Part shown: piece after piece, positions 1 to 7,958 of the stretch | Layout: each line of letters opens with the position of its first letter | How positions within the stretch are numbered: the first letter of the stretch is position 1 | Source of the DNA: Candidatus Aenigmarchaeota archaeon LH_S7 | GTDB taxonomy: Archaea; Aenigmatarchaeota; Aenigmatarchaeia; QMZS01 | DNA: 47,206 nt | Assembly: GCA_023659895.1 (NCBI GenBank) | Contig: JAGXOL010000005.1 | Span: forward strand, 1-47,206 | Direction of reading: 5' to 3' | Program-made: the position numbers and the translations under genes | The notes under the pieces: generated by a model | What the model was told of the DNA's origin: nothing | Database searches by the model: none | What the model saw: the letters and a program-made list of their open reading frames with translations, nothing else

Positions 1-315
1 ATTTATGACAGAGGCAGAAAACCGAAAGAAAAATTCAAATACACAAACAAAAAAGAGGAAACAAAAACTTATACTTGCGATGGAATCCTATATGAATTAA
101 ATATTAGCAAAGGGAACATCAGCAAATTTATAGAAAAGATAGGTTTTATTGTGAATAAACATCAAGGAAAAATCCAAAAACTAAATAGAAGATATTATTC
201 AGACGAATTCGAAGATAAGATAAAAGAATTAAAATATATAGGTAAGAAAAAGGTTTATGATTTAACAGAGCCTTTATCTCATTCTATGATATCTCAAGGC
301 ATAATTACGCACAAT
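1..315 (+). mobile_element. Intein C-terminal part (LAGLIDADG-type endonuclease tail plus Hint C-terminus) in nrdJ
   Basis: Endonuclease-like segment ..LYELNISK..FIEKIGF, block F KVYDLTE, and terminal IITHN directly followed by the +1 Cys of CGEQP (AAT 313-315 | TGT 316-318). Confidence 0.9.
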
Positions 316-1338
316 TGTGGGGAACAACCTTTATTGCCTTATGAATCCTGCAACCTAGGATCAATAAACTTATCAAAAATGGTGAAAAAGAAGGAAAACA
401 AATATGAAGTTGATTGGAAAAAGTTGAAAGAAACAGTTGAAATTGCAACTCATTTCTTGGATAACGTTATTGATGTCAACCCTTACCCTATTAAAGAAAT
501 TGAAAAAGCTACCAAAGACAATAGGAAAATTGGTTTAGGTATAATGGGTCTCGCTGATTTATTAATATTGTTGGGAATACGCTATGATAGTGAGGATGCT
601 GTGGAAAAAGCAAAAGAAATCATGAAGTTTATTACTGATACTGCAAGAGAAAAATCACATGAAATAGCAAAGAAAAAAGGTAGTTTTCCTAACATAAAAA
701 AATCCATTTGGAAAGATGATAGAGAGATGAGAAACGCAACAGTTACAACAATCGCACCAACTGGAACAATAGGTATAATAGCAAACTGTTCTTCAGGTGT
801 AGAACCTATCTTCGCAATATCTTACATGAGAAATGTTGCTAATTCTCTAGGTGAAAATTTGGTTGAGACAAATCAATTATTTGAAAATATTTTGAAAGAA
901 AAAGAATTATACAATCAAGAAATCATAAAAAAGGTTGGTGGTCGCGCTTCAATTCAAGATATAGAAGATGTTCCTAAAGAAATAAGAAGGGTTTTTGTTT
1001 CAGCACATGATATCTCCCCTGAATGGCACTTAAAGTTACAGGCTGCCTTCCAGGAATATACTGACAATGCAGTTTCAAAAACAATTAACTTGCCAAGCAC
1101 AGCAACAATTCAGGATATAGAAAATATTTACTTAAAAGCATGGAAGATGAAATGCAAAGGGATAACCATTTATAGAGACAAGAGCAGGGATGAACAAGTG
1201 ATTAGCTTCTATTCAGAGGATAAAAAAGAGGAAAAGTCTCAGGAGGATGAAAATAAGTGCCCTAATTGTGGAGAAAAGATGGTGAATGAAGAAGGTTGCA
1301 AGGTCTGCAAGAGTTGTGGTTATTCGGTTTGTGGTTAA
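1..1338 (+). CDS. nrdJ: Class II (B12-dependent) ribonucleotide reductase, 3' part (5'-truncated by window), containing an intein
   Basis: Frame 1 is open from base 1. Motifs CGEQPLLPYESCNLGSINL, RKIGLGIMG, RNATVTTIAPTGT, NAVSKTINLP, KGITIYRDKSR and a C-terminal Zn-ribbon CPNC...EEGC..CKSCGYSVC. Confidence 0.93.
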   Translation: MYDRGRKPKEKFKYTNKKEETKTYTCDGILYELNISKGNISKFIEKIGFIVNKHQGKIQKLNRRYYSDEFEDKIKELKYIGKKKVYDLTEPLSHSMISQGIITHNCGEQPLLPYESCNLGSINLSKMVKKKENKYEVDWKKLKETVEIATHFLDNVIDVNPYPIKEIEKATKDNRKIGLGIMGLADLLILLGIRYDSEDAVEKAKEIMKFITDTAREKSHEIAKKKGSFPNIKKSIWKDDREMRNATVTTIAPTGTIGIIANCSSGVEPIFAISYMRNVANSLGENLVETNQLFENILKEKELYNQEIIKKVGGRASIQDIEDVPKEIRRVFVSAHDISPEWHLKLQAAFQEYTDNAVSKTINLPSTATIQDIENIYLKAWKMKCKGITIYRDKSRDEQVISFYSEDKKEEKSQEDENKCPNCGEKMVNEEGCKVCKSCGYSVCG

Positions 1339-1373
1339 TTTAAATAACCTAAATTTTCTTGAGAAACTATAAT

Positions 1374-1647
1374 TGTGGGGCTAGCCTGGGCTGTTAGGCG
1401 TAGCCTGTAACCTGAAACTGTCGAAATGCAGGAGGTGAAAACCCTTGGGCGGTAGCTAAAACATCAAGAGCCTCTCTAATTCAACTACGAAGTTCAGCCT
1501 TAGGAGGTGGTACTTTCTGTGAATCCCCCAGGCCCGGAAGGGAGCAAAGGTAAGCAGAAAATACTATGCTTCTAAGTTCACTGAATGGAGGCGAGTTAGG
1601 GAACAAGTTTTTGGTGTTCTGGCTATCCACTAGGGGAAAGCCCTACA
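1374..1647 (+). ncRNA. ffs: Archaeal SRP (7S) RNA
   Basis: GC-rich island in AT-rich DNA. Helix-8 signature CAGGCCCGGAAGGGAGCA at ~1529-1546. 5' TGTGGGGCT pairs with 3' AGCCCTACA. TATA-like TTTAAATA at 1339-1346. Confidence 0.92.
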
Positions 1648-1731
1648 CAAACCGTTTGATCCAAAAAAGTATTTTTGGTTAATAAAAGGATTTTTCCTTC
1701 AACTAAATTTAAAATATTTTATTGATGTTAT

Positions 1732-2061
1732 GGGCTCGTGGTGTAGCTAACCCTTTTTTGATGCAATCTTTTTAAGGTTGCTGAAAAACGGTCTATAATG
1801 GTTTAGCATCGGGGCTTAGGGTGGTACACTATAGGTGTTAAGCTCGCCAAATGGGTGAGGTATCAAAAAAAGCCTCAGACGGGAGTTCAAATGGAACTTT
1901 TAGAAAAAGTTCCATCAAAACAAGCTTTTAAAAAAGCTTGAGCAAAAAAGGGACTTTTAGAAACCTCGAAAAACAAAGTTTTTCGGGCCACATAAACCTT
2001 CGGTTTATGAGGAAGTTCCAGCAAAAAGCTCTTACATAATATGGAAATCTCCCCGAGCCCA
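1732..2061 (+). tRNA. tRNA-Pro with three introns: D-loop 1749-1798, anticodon loop ~1822-1870, T-loop 59/60 1892-2047. Anticodon reads AGG (UGG under an alternative two-intron parse)
   Basis: Acceptor GGGCTCG/CGAGCCC, anticodon stem GGGGC/GCCTC, T stem GGGAG/CTCCC. BHB central helices GTAG/CTAT (D loop) and TTCA/TGGA (T loop) with 3-nt bulges. The anticodon-intron BHB is relaxed. Confidence 0.85.
1893..2027 (+). repeat. Array of hairpin+CAAAA modules inside the tRNA-Pro T-loop intron
   Basis: GGAACTTTTAGAAAAAGTTCC-ATCAAAA; CAAGCTTTTAAAAAAGCTTG-AGCAAAAAA; GGGACTTTTAGAAA[49-nt insert]AAGTTCC-AGCAAAAA. Confidence 0.9.
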
Positions 2062-2164
2062 AAAACAAGTTTTTCGGAGCCCATAAATCTTTGGTTTATG
2101 AGGAAGTTCCATCAAAACAAGCTTTTAAAAAAGCTTGAGCAAAAAAGAAAGGTTTGATCCAAAA
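2061..2164 (+). repeat. Same hairpin-module array as the 3' trailer of tRNA-Pro
   Basis: AAAAACAAGTTTTTCGG..CATAAATCTTTGGTTTATGAGGAAGTTCCATCAAAACAAGCTTTTAAAAAAGCTTGAGCAAAAAAGAAAGGTTTGATCCAAAA matches the intron modules. Confidence 0.9.
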
Positions 2165-2184
2165 TAAAAACTTATTAAAATCTT

Positions 2185-3990
2185 TTAAAGTTCTTCTTTA
2201 ACACCTATCTTAGGATAAACACCCATTGCCATCATCTCATCTATAGCCAACTTGAAGGCATAAGACATCTTCACTCTAGTAATCTCTGAAGTATTACAAA
2301 TAGGACAATAACTCAATCCCTTTATTTTGTTTTCAATTGCTACAACACCACACTTCTTGCAAACAGGTACTTCTTCCTCATCTGAACTAAATCTTTCCTT
2401 CAAAGTCAAAGCTGCACCATGAGCTAACAAACAATCCTTTTCCATTTCACCAAAACGTAATCCTCCTTGCCTTGCCTTACCTTCTGTTGGCTGCCTTGTT
2501 AAAATTGTTGTAGGTCCACGAGCTCTCATGAAATATTTATCCCTTACCATATGATACAAAGCTTGGTAATAACAAGGTCCTATCAAGATGTTTGCTTTCA
2601 GTTTTTCCCCCGTTTCTCCATTATACATTTCTTCTACTCCAGATTCATCAAAACCCTGTTTTTTCAAAATATCTGAAATCTTGCTTTCAGAAGATTCATA
2701 AAAAGGGGTACTATCCATGATTTCCCCATTAATAGCTGCAGCTTTTCCATAAACTAATTCCATTAATTGACCAACAGTCATTCTTGATGGGATTCCTAAA
2801 GGATTAATAATTACATCAGGAGTTATCCCTTCTTCTGTAAAAGGCATGTCTTCTTCTGGTACTACAGATCCTATAACACCTTTCTGACCATAACGAGAAG
2901 CAAACTTATCACCTATCTCAGGTATTCTTGTTTCCCTTATAGTTGATTTAACAAGTTTGTCACCATTCTCTGTCTGAGTAATTACAACTTTATCAATTAT
3001 ACCACGCTCTCCAAACTTAACAGTCACAGAAGTGTCTCTCCTATTTTCTGCCTCAGACAAAAATTCTTCCATTGGACCATAGAATCTCAAAGGAGAAACC
3101 TTACCCAAAATAATGTCTCCTCCTTCAACTTCTGATTCTGGTGGGGCAACCCCCTCCTCATCCAAAAACCTGTAATCATATTTTGTCTTGTAATTTTTCA
3201 CACCTTCATCAGGTATGGTAATTTCATCACTCTCAATGGACCAGTACTTCTTTTCTTCTGCTTGGTAAGTTCTGAAAAAGGTTGACCTAAATAAACCTCT
3301 TTCAACAGAATTCTTGTTCATAACTATAGCATCTTCCATATTGTAACCCTTATAAGGCATTATAGCAATAACAATGTTCTGTCCTTGAGGATGTTCACTA
3401 AGAATATTTGACTTGTAGATAACAGTATCCACAATAGTATGTTGAGGATAAATTAAATTATAAGTTTTTGTATCAGGTCTCAAAAGATAATTTATAGCAT
3501 AAGTTCCTAAAGCCTGGCTCATCATTTTAGCACCATAGTTAACTCTGTCTGACCTGTTGTGAACTGCAAATGGAACCATGGAAGCAGATACACCTAATAT
3601 TACTGCAGGACTCAACTCAAGATGTGTATGTTCCTCATTCAATTCTTTAATATTCAAAGCTATATAAGCATTTTCTTCCTCTTCTGAATCCAAATATTCT
3701 ACTACTCCCTCTTCAACTAAACCTTGTAAACCTAATTCACCATTTGCTATTCTCTTTAAATGATCTTCTGTAAGTAAAGGGTTTCCGTTCTTGACAATAA
3801 TCAAAGGTCTTCTCAACCTGCTGTTGTCTGTGTTGATTCTTATTTCAGCAATTTCCTCAAGATAAGTAATATTTGTTTCTTGAGAAATCTCATTTTTTCT
3901 CCTTTTATCCTTTAGTGCATCCACAAAAGTTTTTGGTTTTGTTGTTCCCCCTACTAGAACCCCATCAAAAAATACTCTCACATTTACCAT
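2185..3990 (-). CDS. rpoB1: DNA-directed RNA polymerase subunit B' (C-terminal half of Rpo2)
   Basis: GYNMEDAIVMN, GDKFASRYGQKG, RQPTEGKARQGGLRFGEMEKDC, Zn finger, SYAFKL. Likely ATG at 3990, next to the rpoB'' stop. Confidence 0.96.
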   Translation of the reverse strand: MVNVRVFFDGVLVGGTTKPKTFVDALKDKRRKNEISQETNITYLEEIAEIRINTDNSRLRRPLIIVKNGNPLLTEDHLKRIANGELGLQGLVEEGVVEYLDSEEEENAYIALNIKELNEEHTHLELSPAVILGVSASMVPFAVHNRSDRVNYGAKMMSQALGTYAINYLLRPDTKTYNLIYPQHTIVDTVIYKSNILSEHPQGQNIVIAIMPYKGYNMEDAIVMNKNSVERGLFRSTFFRTYQAEEKKYWSIESDEITIPDEGVKNYKTKYDYRFLDEEGVAPPESEVEGGDIILGKVSPLRFYGPMEEFLSEAENRRDTSVTVKFGERGIIDKVVITQTENGDKLVKSTIRETRIPEIGDKFASRYGQKGVIGSVVPEEDMPFTEEGITPDVIINPLGIPSRMTVGQLMELVYGKAAAINGEIMDSTPFYESSESKISDILKKQGFDESGVEEMYNGETGEKLKANILIGPCYYQALYHMVRDKYFMRARGPTTILTRQPTEGKARQGGLRFGEMEKDCLLAHGAALTLKERFSSDEEEVPVCKKCGVVAIENKIKGLSYCPICNTSEITRVKMSYAFKLAIDEMMAMGVYPKIGVKEEL

Positions 3991-3991
3991 A

Positions 3992-5476
3992 TTATAATTT
4001 CTCTTTAACAAAATTTAAGATGTTTTCTCTTTCTTTATCAGACACCCCCTTTGATATAGAAGCTAAAGTTGCCAAATGTTTTCTCAAACCAATGTTAATA
4101 CCTTCTGGTGTTTCTTGGGAACAAAATTTTCCCCAATGAGTTCCATGTAATTCACGAGCTTCAGGATGTTCCTGAGAAGAAGATAAAACTGAAACAACAG
4201 CTCTCATATTTGAAAGTCTTCTAATATAGTTCACACGGTCCAATCTTTGAGTTATTCCAACTCTTCCTCCTACCCATTGACCTGTGGCAAGTGCTGAAGC
4301 AATTCTCTTTGTTATGTAATTAGACTCAAACAATGCTTGCAAAACAGGATTCTTCTTTCTTTTGGTTAATCTTTGGTAATTGTATTTTATTCTACTTGCA
4401 AGTCCGTTTTTACCTAAAAGCAAGGACCTAAATAAAATATCCAGATAATAGCCTGTTAGTCTTATTCTCTTATTTGCTAAATGGTCTATATCATCTCCCT
4501 TATGAATATCTAACCCAACTTTAATCAACCTATTTGCAACATGTGCAAGATAAATTGCTTTGGTCTTTTGATTTTCAGAGGTAACACCTAAGTGATGTAA
4601 TAAGAAATTGTTCAATAGATTTTGTACTCTTTCTTCAGGAGTTTCCTTACCCATCCCCCTAACAAATTTCTCAAGATATTGTAAGGCATCATTTTGACTT
4701 CTTACTTCTTCAAATTCGTAAATGTTTGTTAAAATTTCCTCATCCATCTTTGAGGTGTCTGAAATAGACTCAACTATTTCCTTGTCTGTTTTTAAACCTA
4801 AGGCACGTAAAACTACAATCAAAGGAACATTTCTTAAATTTGAGAAATTCATGTATAAAATTCTATCTCTTCTTTCAATCATGTGTCTCTGTATGTATTG
4901 ATTCTTCTCTGAGTTTATTCTTGCCATCTCAATACCTTTCTTTTCTTCTTTGGTTATCACCATCCTATTGTTTGCTACTTCCTCTACTCCAACAAGGATC
5001 TTCTCTGTTCCATTAACCAAAAAGTATCCTCCTGGGTCATAAGGATCCTCTCCAATGTTAATTAACTCTTCCTTGCTTAGATTGTGTGTAGGATCCAATG
5101 AAGAACGAACCATTATTGGAAAATCGCAAAGTTTTATCTTTGTTGGCTCTTGATGTACATCATTCACAATAGGTACAACATTAACATAAAGTGGGCAAGT
5201 ATAACTTAAGTTTCTTATCATAGCTTCCATTGGAGTGATAACTCTTTCACAAACATCTGCTTCCCTGAGAACAGGACTACCAAACTCAACTTTCCATAAA
5301 AGAACTTTAAAATTCTCCTCAAGAAGTATATATTCTATTTCATCAACAATCTTTTGTACACCCTCCTTAACAAATTTGTTAAATGATTCAATATGGTAAT
5401 TTATAATAATGCTGGAAAGGTCTTTCTCTATAATATTTTTAAATCCCTCAAACAGCTTATTGTCATTCACAGTCAT
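3992..5476 (-). CDS. rpoB2: DNA-directed RNA polymerase subunit B'' (N-terminal half of Rpo2)
   Basis: HIESFNKF, GEDPYDPGGYFLVNGTEK, DHLANKRIRL, ARELHGTHWG..ETPEG.NIGLRK. Confidence 0.96.
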   Translation of the reverse strand: MTVNDNKLFEGFKNIIEKDLSSIIINYHIESFNKFVKEGVQKIVDEIEYILLEENFKVLLWKVEFGSPVLREADVCERVITPMEAMIRNLSYTCPLYVNVVPIVNDVHQEPTKIKLCDFPIMVRSSLDPTHNLSKEELINIGEDPYDPGGYFLVNGTEKILVGVEEVANNRMVITKEEKKGIEMARINSEKNQYIQRHMIERRDRILYMNFSNLRNVPLIVVLRALGLKTDKEIVESISDTSKMDEEILTNIYEFEEVRSQNDALQYLEKFVRGMGKETPEERVQNLLNNFLLHHLGVTSENQKTKAIYLAHVANRLIKVGLDIHKGDDIDHLANKRIRLTGYYLDILFRSLLLGKNGLASRIKYNYQRLTKRKKNPVLQALFESNYITKRIASALATGQWVGGRVGITQRLDRVNYIRRLSNMRAVVSVLSSSQEHPEARELHGTHWGKFCSQETPEGINIGLRKHLATLASISKGVSDKERENILNFVKEKL

Positions 5477-5718
5477 GGTATAACCACCCTATAATATAAA
5501 TAAGTTTGATTTGTAGACACAGATTCTCTTTTTATCTCTATAATATCTCCTTCTTCAGGATTTAAGTTTTTTATAGCAGGGTCAGTTTTTTTTATCCTTG
5601 GGAACTTTTTTTCTCTGACATTGTATTTCTTCAGTATTTCTGTTTTTTCCTCTTCACTTAACTTTCTGTGTTCTGGAACCAAAACATGTTTTTCCACTTC
5701 AAGATCCTTCTTTGCCAT
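5473..5718 (-). CDS. rpoH: DNA-directed RNA polymerase subunit H (Rpo5)
   Basis: HVLVPEH..LS, FPRIKKTDPA, GDIIEIKRES...YYRVV. Overlaps the rpoB'' start (ATGA). Confidence 0.96.
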   Translation of the reverse strand: MAKKDLEVEKHVLVPEHRKLSEEEKTEILKKYNVREKKFPRIKKTDPAIKNLNPEEGDIIEIKRESVSTNQTYLYYRVVIP

Positions 5719-5744
5719 AATATTCTTTGTTAAAAACTTTCTTC

Positions 5745-5974
5745 TTTTGGATCAAACCTTCATTTTTTGCTCAAGCTTTTTTTAAAAGCTTGTTTTGATG
5801 GAACTTCCTCATAAACCTTAGGTTTATGGGGCCCCGAAAAACTTGTTTTTCGAGGTTTCTAAAAGTTCCTTTTTTGCTCAAGCTTTTTTTAAAAGCTTGT
5901 TTTGCTGGAACTTTTTTTAAAAGTTCCCCTCTTTTTTTGCTGGAACTTTTTTTAAAAGTTCCCCTAAAAGGTTT
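5745..5974 (-). repeat. Long hairpin-module array forming the 3' trailer of tRNA-Lys
   Basis: On the minus strand: AAACCTTTT-[GGAACTTTTAAAAAAAGTTCCAGCAAAA x2; CAAGCTTTTAAAAAAAGCTTGAGCAAAA; GGAACTTTTAGAAA[insert]AAGTTCCATCAAAA; CAAGCTTTT..AGCTTGAGCAAAA]-AAGGTTTGATCCAAAA. Confidence 0.9.
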
Positions 5975-5977
5975 GTA

Positions 5978-6137
5978 TGAGCCCGACGGGATCTTCTTTT
6001 TGCTTGAGCTTTTTTCTAAAAAGCTCATTCGAACCCGCGACTTTCAGGTGTCTTCTTTCATAGAGGCATATATTATTTACCCTCAAAACTTTTAATAATA
6101 AAAGCCTGACGCTCTAACCAGACTGAGCTACGGGCCC
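5978..6137 (-). tRNA. tRNA-Lys(UUU) with two introns (37/38: 6050-6098; 59/60: 5992-6027)
   Basis: GGGCCCG-TA-GCTCAGTCTGGTTAGAGC-G-TCAGG-CTTTTA|intron|A-CCTGA-AAGTC-GCGGG-TTCGAA|intron|T-CCCGT-CGGGCTC-A. BHB helices CTTT/GAAG and TTCG/AGAA. Confidence 0.92.
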
Positions 6138-6181
6138 ATAAATTAGGAAAAAAGTAATTTATTATTTACTTAATCAACAAA

Positions 6182-6238
6182 TTTTTTGCTTGTTTCTAAA
6201 AAGGTTTCTTGTTTGGATGAAACCTTTTCTAAAGGTTT
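6182..6238 (-). repeat. Short hairpin-module trailer of tRNA-Ser
   Basis: Minus strand AAACCTTTAGAAAAGGTTT-CATCCAAA plus a degenerate second module ending AGCAAAAAA. Confidence 0.7.
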
Positions 6239-6548
6239 CGCTGGGGAAGGGAATCTCAAACATTTTTCTTTTGGAGTTGGTAGATCTCTCTTTGGAACTT
6301 CCTCATAAACCTTGGGTTTATGGGGCCCCGAAAAACTTTGTTTTTCGAGGTTTCTAAAAGTCCCCTTTTTTGCTCAAGCTTTTTTAAAAGCTTGTTTTGA
6401 TGGAACTTTTTCTAAAAGTTCTATTTGAACCCTTGCCTCCAAAAAGGAGACCAGCTCTCCAGGCTGGCGCCTTATTCCGTAGCCATTTCTTTTTTGATAA
6501 GAGTTCTAAGGTCCAAGAAAAAGCTTGACCGGACTCGGCCACCCCAGC
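6239..6548 (-). tRNA. tRNA-Ser(GGA) with two introns (D loop 6475-6526; 59/60 6253-6423)
   Basis: Acceptor GCTGGGG/CCCCAGC with G73, anticodon arm CCAGC-CTGGAGA-GCTGG, long variable arm CTCC-TTTTT-GGAG, T stem AAGGG/CCCTT. BHB helices CCGG/ACGG and TTCA/TGAG. Confidence 0.92.
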
Positions 6549-6588
6549 ATAAATTAAAATTTAATTTAATTTAAATCTCAAAAAGATT

Positions 6589-6921
6589 ATGAAAGTTGAT
6601 AGTTATAAATTTGGGGAAATAGTTATTGATAGGGAAAAATACACAAATGATGTGATTGTTTTCAAAGACCATATAATGGAATGGTGGAGGAAAGAGGGCC
6701 ACCTTCTGCAAGTCGAGGATATCACAAAAGTTATTAAAGAAAAACCTGATGTTTTGATAATAGGTACTGGAGCTTATGGAGCAATGAAAGTTGATGATAA
6801 AGTTGAAGAAGAAATGAAAAATAAAGGAATTAAATTAATCAAAAAGAAGTCAAAAGAAGCTTGTGAAGAATTTAATAGAACAAAGGAGAACGCTATTCTT
6901 GCAATTCATCTGACTTGTTAA
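6589..6921 (+). CDS. Mth938/DUF498-like domain protein
   Basis: YKFGEIVID, WWRKEGH, PDVLIIGTGAYG, ACEEFN...AIHLTC. Confidence 0.88.
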   Translation: MKVDSYKFGEIVIDREKYTNDVIVFKDHIMEWWRKEGHLLQVEDITKVIKEKPDVLIIGTGAYGAMKVDDKVEEEMKNKGIKLIKKKSKEACEEFNRTKENAILAIHLTC

Positions 6922-6940
6922 ATAAAAATTTATTTATTAT

Positions 6941-7546
6941 ATGAAGAAATGGGAAATCATATCTTACATTGCAAACGCTTTAACATTTGCAGAGATTACT
7001 TTCTTAATATTAATTTATCTTAATGTTAGTTCATTAAGTTTATTTCAAATAATCTTGCTCCCAATTCTCTGTGTTTTTTTTGCAACAATAATTCCTATTG
7101 GATACATTTATTTCTTTGTTAATAAAGAGAGGAAATCCAATCACTACCATTTAAGCTATAACATCCCAATCAAAAATTTAAGATTCAAACCTTTCACAGT
7201 TTCTATAATCAGTTATGGCCTAGGACTACTAAGTTTATTTTTATTTGATGCTCCTGTTCTCATAAAAGGTTTGATGTTCTGTTACTTAATAAATGCAATA
7301 ATGGTGATGTTTATAACTTTTTACTGGAAAATCAGTGTTCATACTTCTGGAATCACAGGACCTCTTACAGTTTTGATATATAAGTTAGGAATATTTTATC
7401 TTCCTCTATATCTAATTGTTTTACTAGTAGGAATTGCAAGAATAAAACTAAAAGAGCATTCTCCTCTACAAGTTATTGTTGGAGCATTACTAATCATACT
7501 TACTACTTGGCTCCAATTAAATTTTATTATAGTACCTTATTTCTAA
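6941..7546 (+). CDS. PAP2-superfamily-like membrane protein
   Basis: Multiple TM helices; WKISVH and ARIKLKEHSPLQVIVG motifs. Confidence 0.7.
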   Translation: MKKWEIISYIANALTFAEITFLILIYLNVSSLSLFQIILLPILCVFFATIIPIGYIYFFVNKERKSNHYHLSYNIPIKNLRFKPFTVSIISYGLGLLSLFLFDAPVLIKGLMFCYLINAIMVMFITFYWKISVHTSGITGPLTVLIYKLGIFYLPLYLIVLLVGIARIKLKEHSPLQVIVGALLIILTTWLQLNFIIVPYF

Positions 7547-7557
7547 GGTTTTAGGTT

Positions 7558-7780
7558 ATGAAAGGAAAGATTTACGAGCCAAATGAGGACTCATATTTCA
7601 TGATTGATTGTTTAAATGATATTCTTGAAAATAGAAAAATTAAAATGTATTAGAGATTGGAACTGGTTCAGGAATTATAGTTTTCAAAATTGCAGATAAA
7701 GTTAAGAATACCCTAGCTGTGGATATAAATACTAAAACTATTAGAATTGCTTAGGGAAAGCAACTTATTCGAAAACATGG
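7558..7780 (+). pseudogene. HemK2/MTQ2-family methyltransferase remnant (frameshifted, truncated)
   Basis: MKGKIYEPNEDSYFM..., then after a frameshift VLEIGTGSGII...AVDIN, stop at 7752-7754, then an SNLFEN fragment. Confidence 0.82.
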
Positions 7781-7958
7781 GCTCAAAAAATTCAAAGAAA
7801 AAGTTGTGGTTTGAGAGTTTACATTGCTATAAATATATTCAAGAAGAAATTAACTTTGGTATTTTATTAACTAATTTTCCATTTTCACAAACTATTATAG
7901 TTTTTACTTTTTCTCCATGTTTGTTTGTGATATAAGTAAAATTTAAATATTGGTAATT

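Noticed and set aside
1887-2084. 65-aa minus-strand ORF
   Set aside because: Lies antisense to the tRNA-Pro intron and repeat array; translation of palindromic repeats.
5745-5974. Possible CRISPR array
   Set aside because: Units abut with no unique spacers, vary in sequence and nest; no cas genes in the window.
5771-6095. ORFs 5771-6028 (-) and 5826-6095 (+)
   Set aside because: Overlap tRNA-Lys and its repeat trailer; low-complexity K/F/S products expected from the repeats.
7747-7935. 62-aa ORF
   Set aside because: Starts within the HemK2 remnant and runs into non-coding-like sequence.
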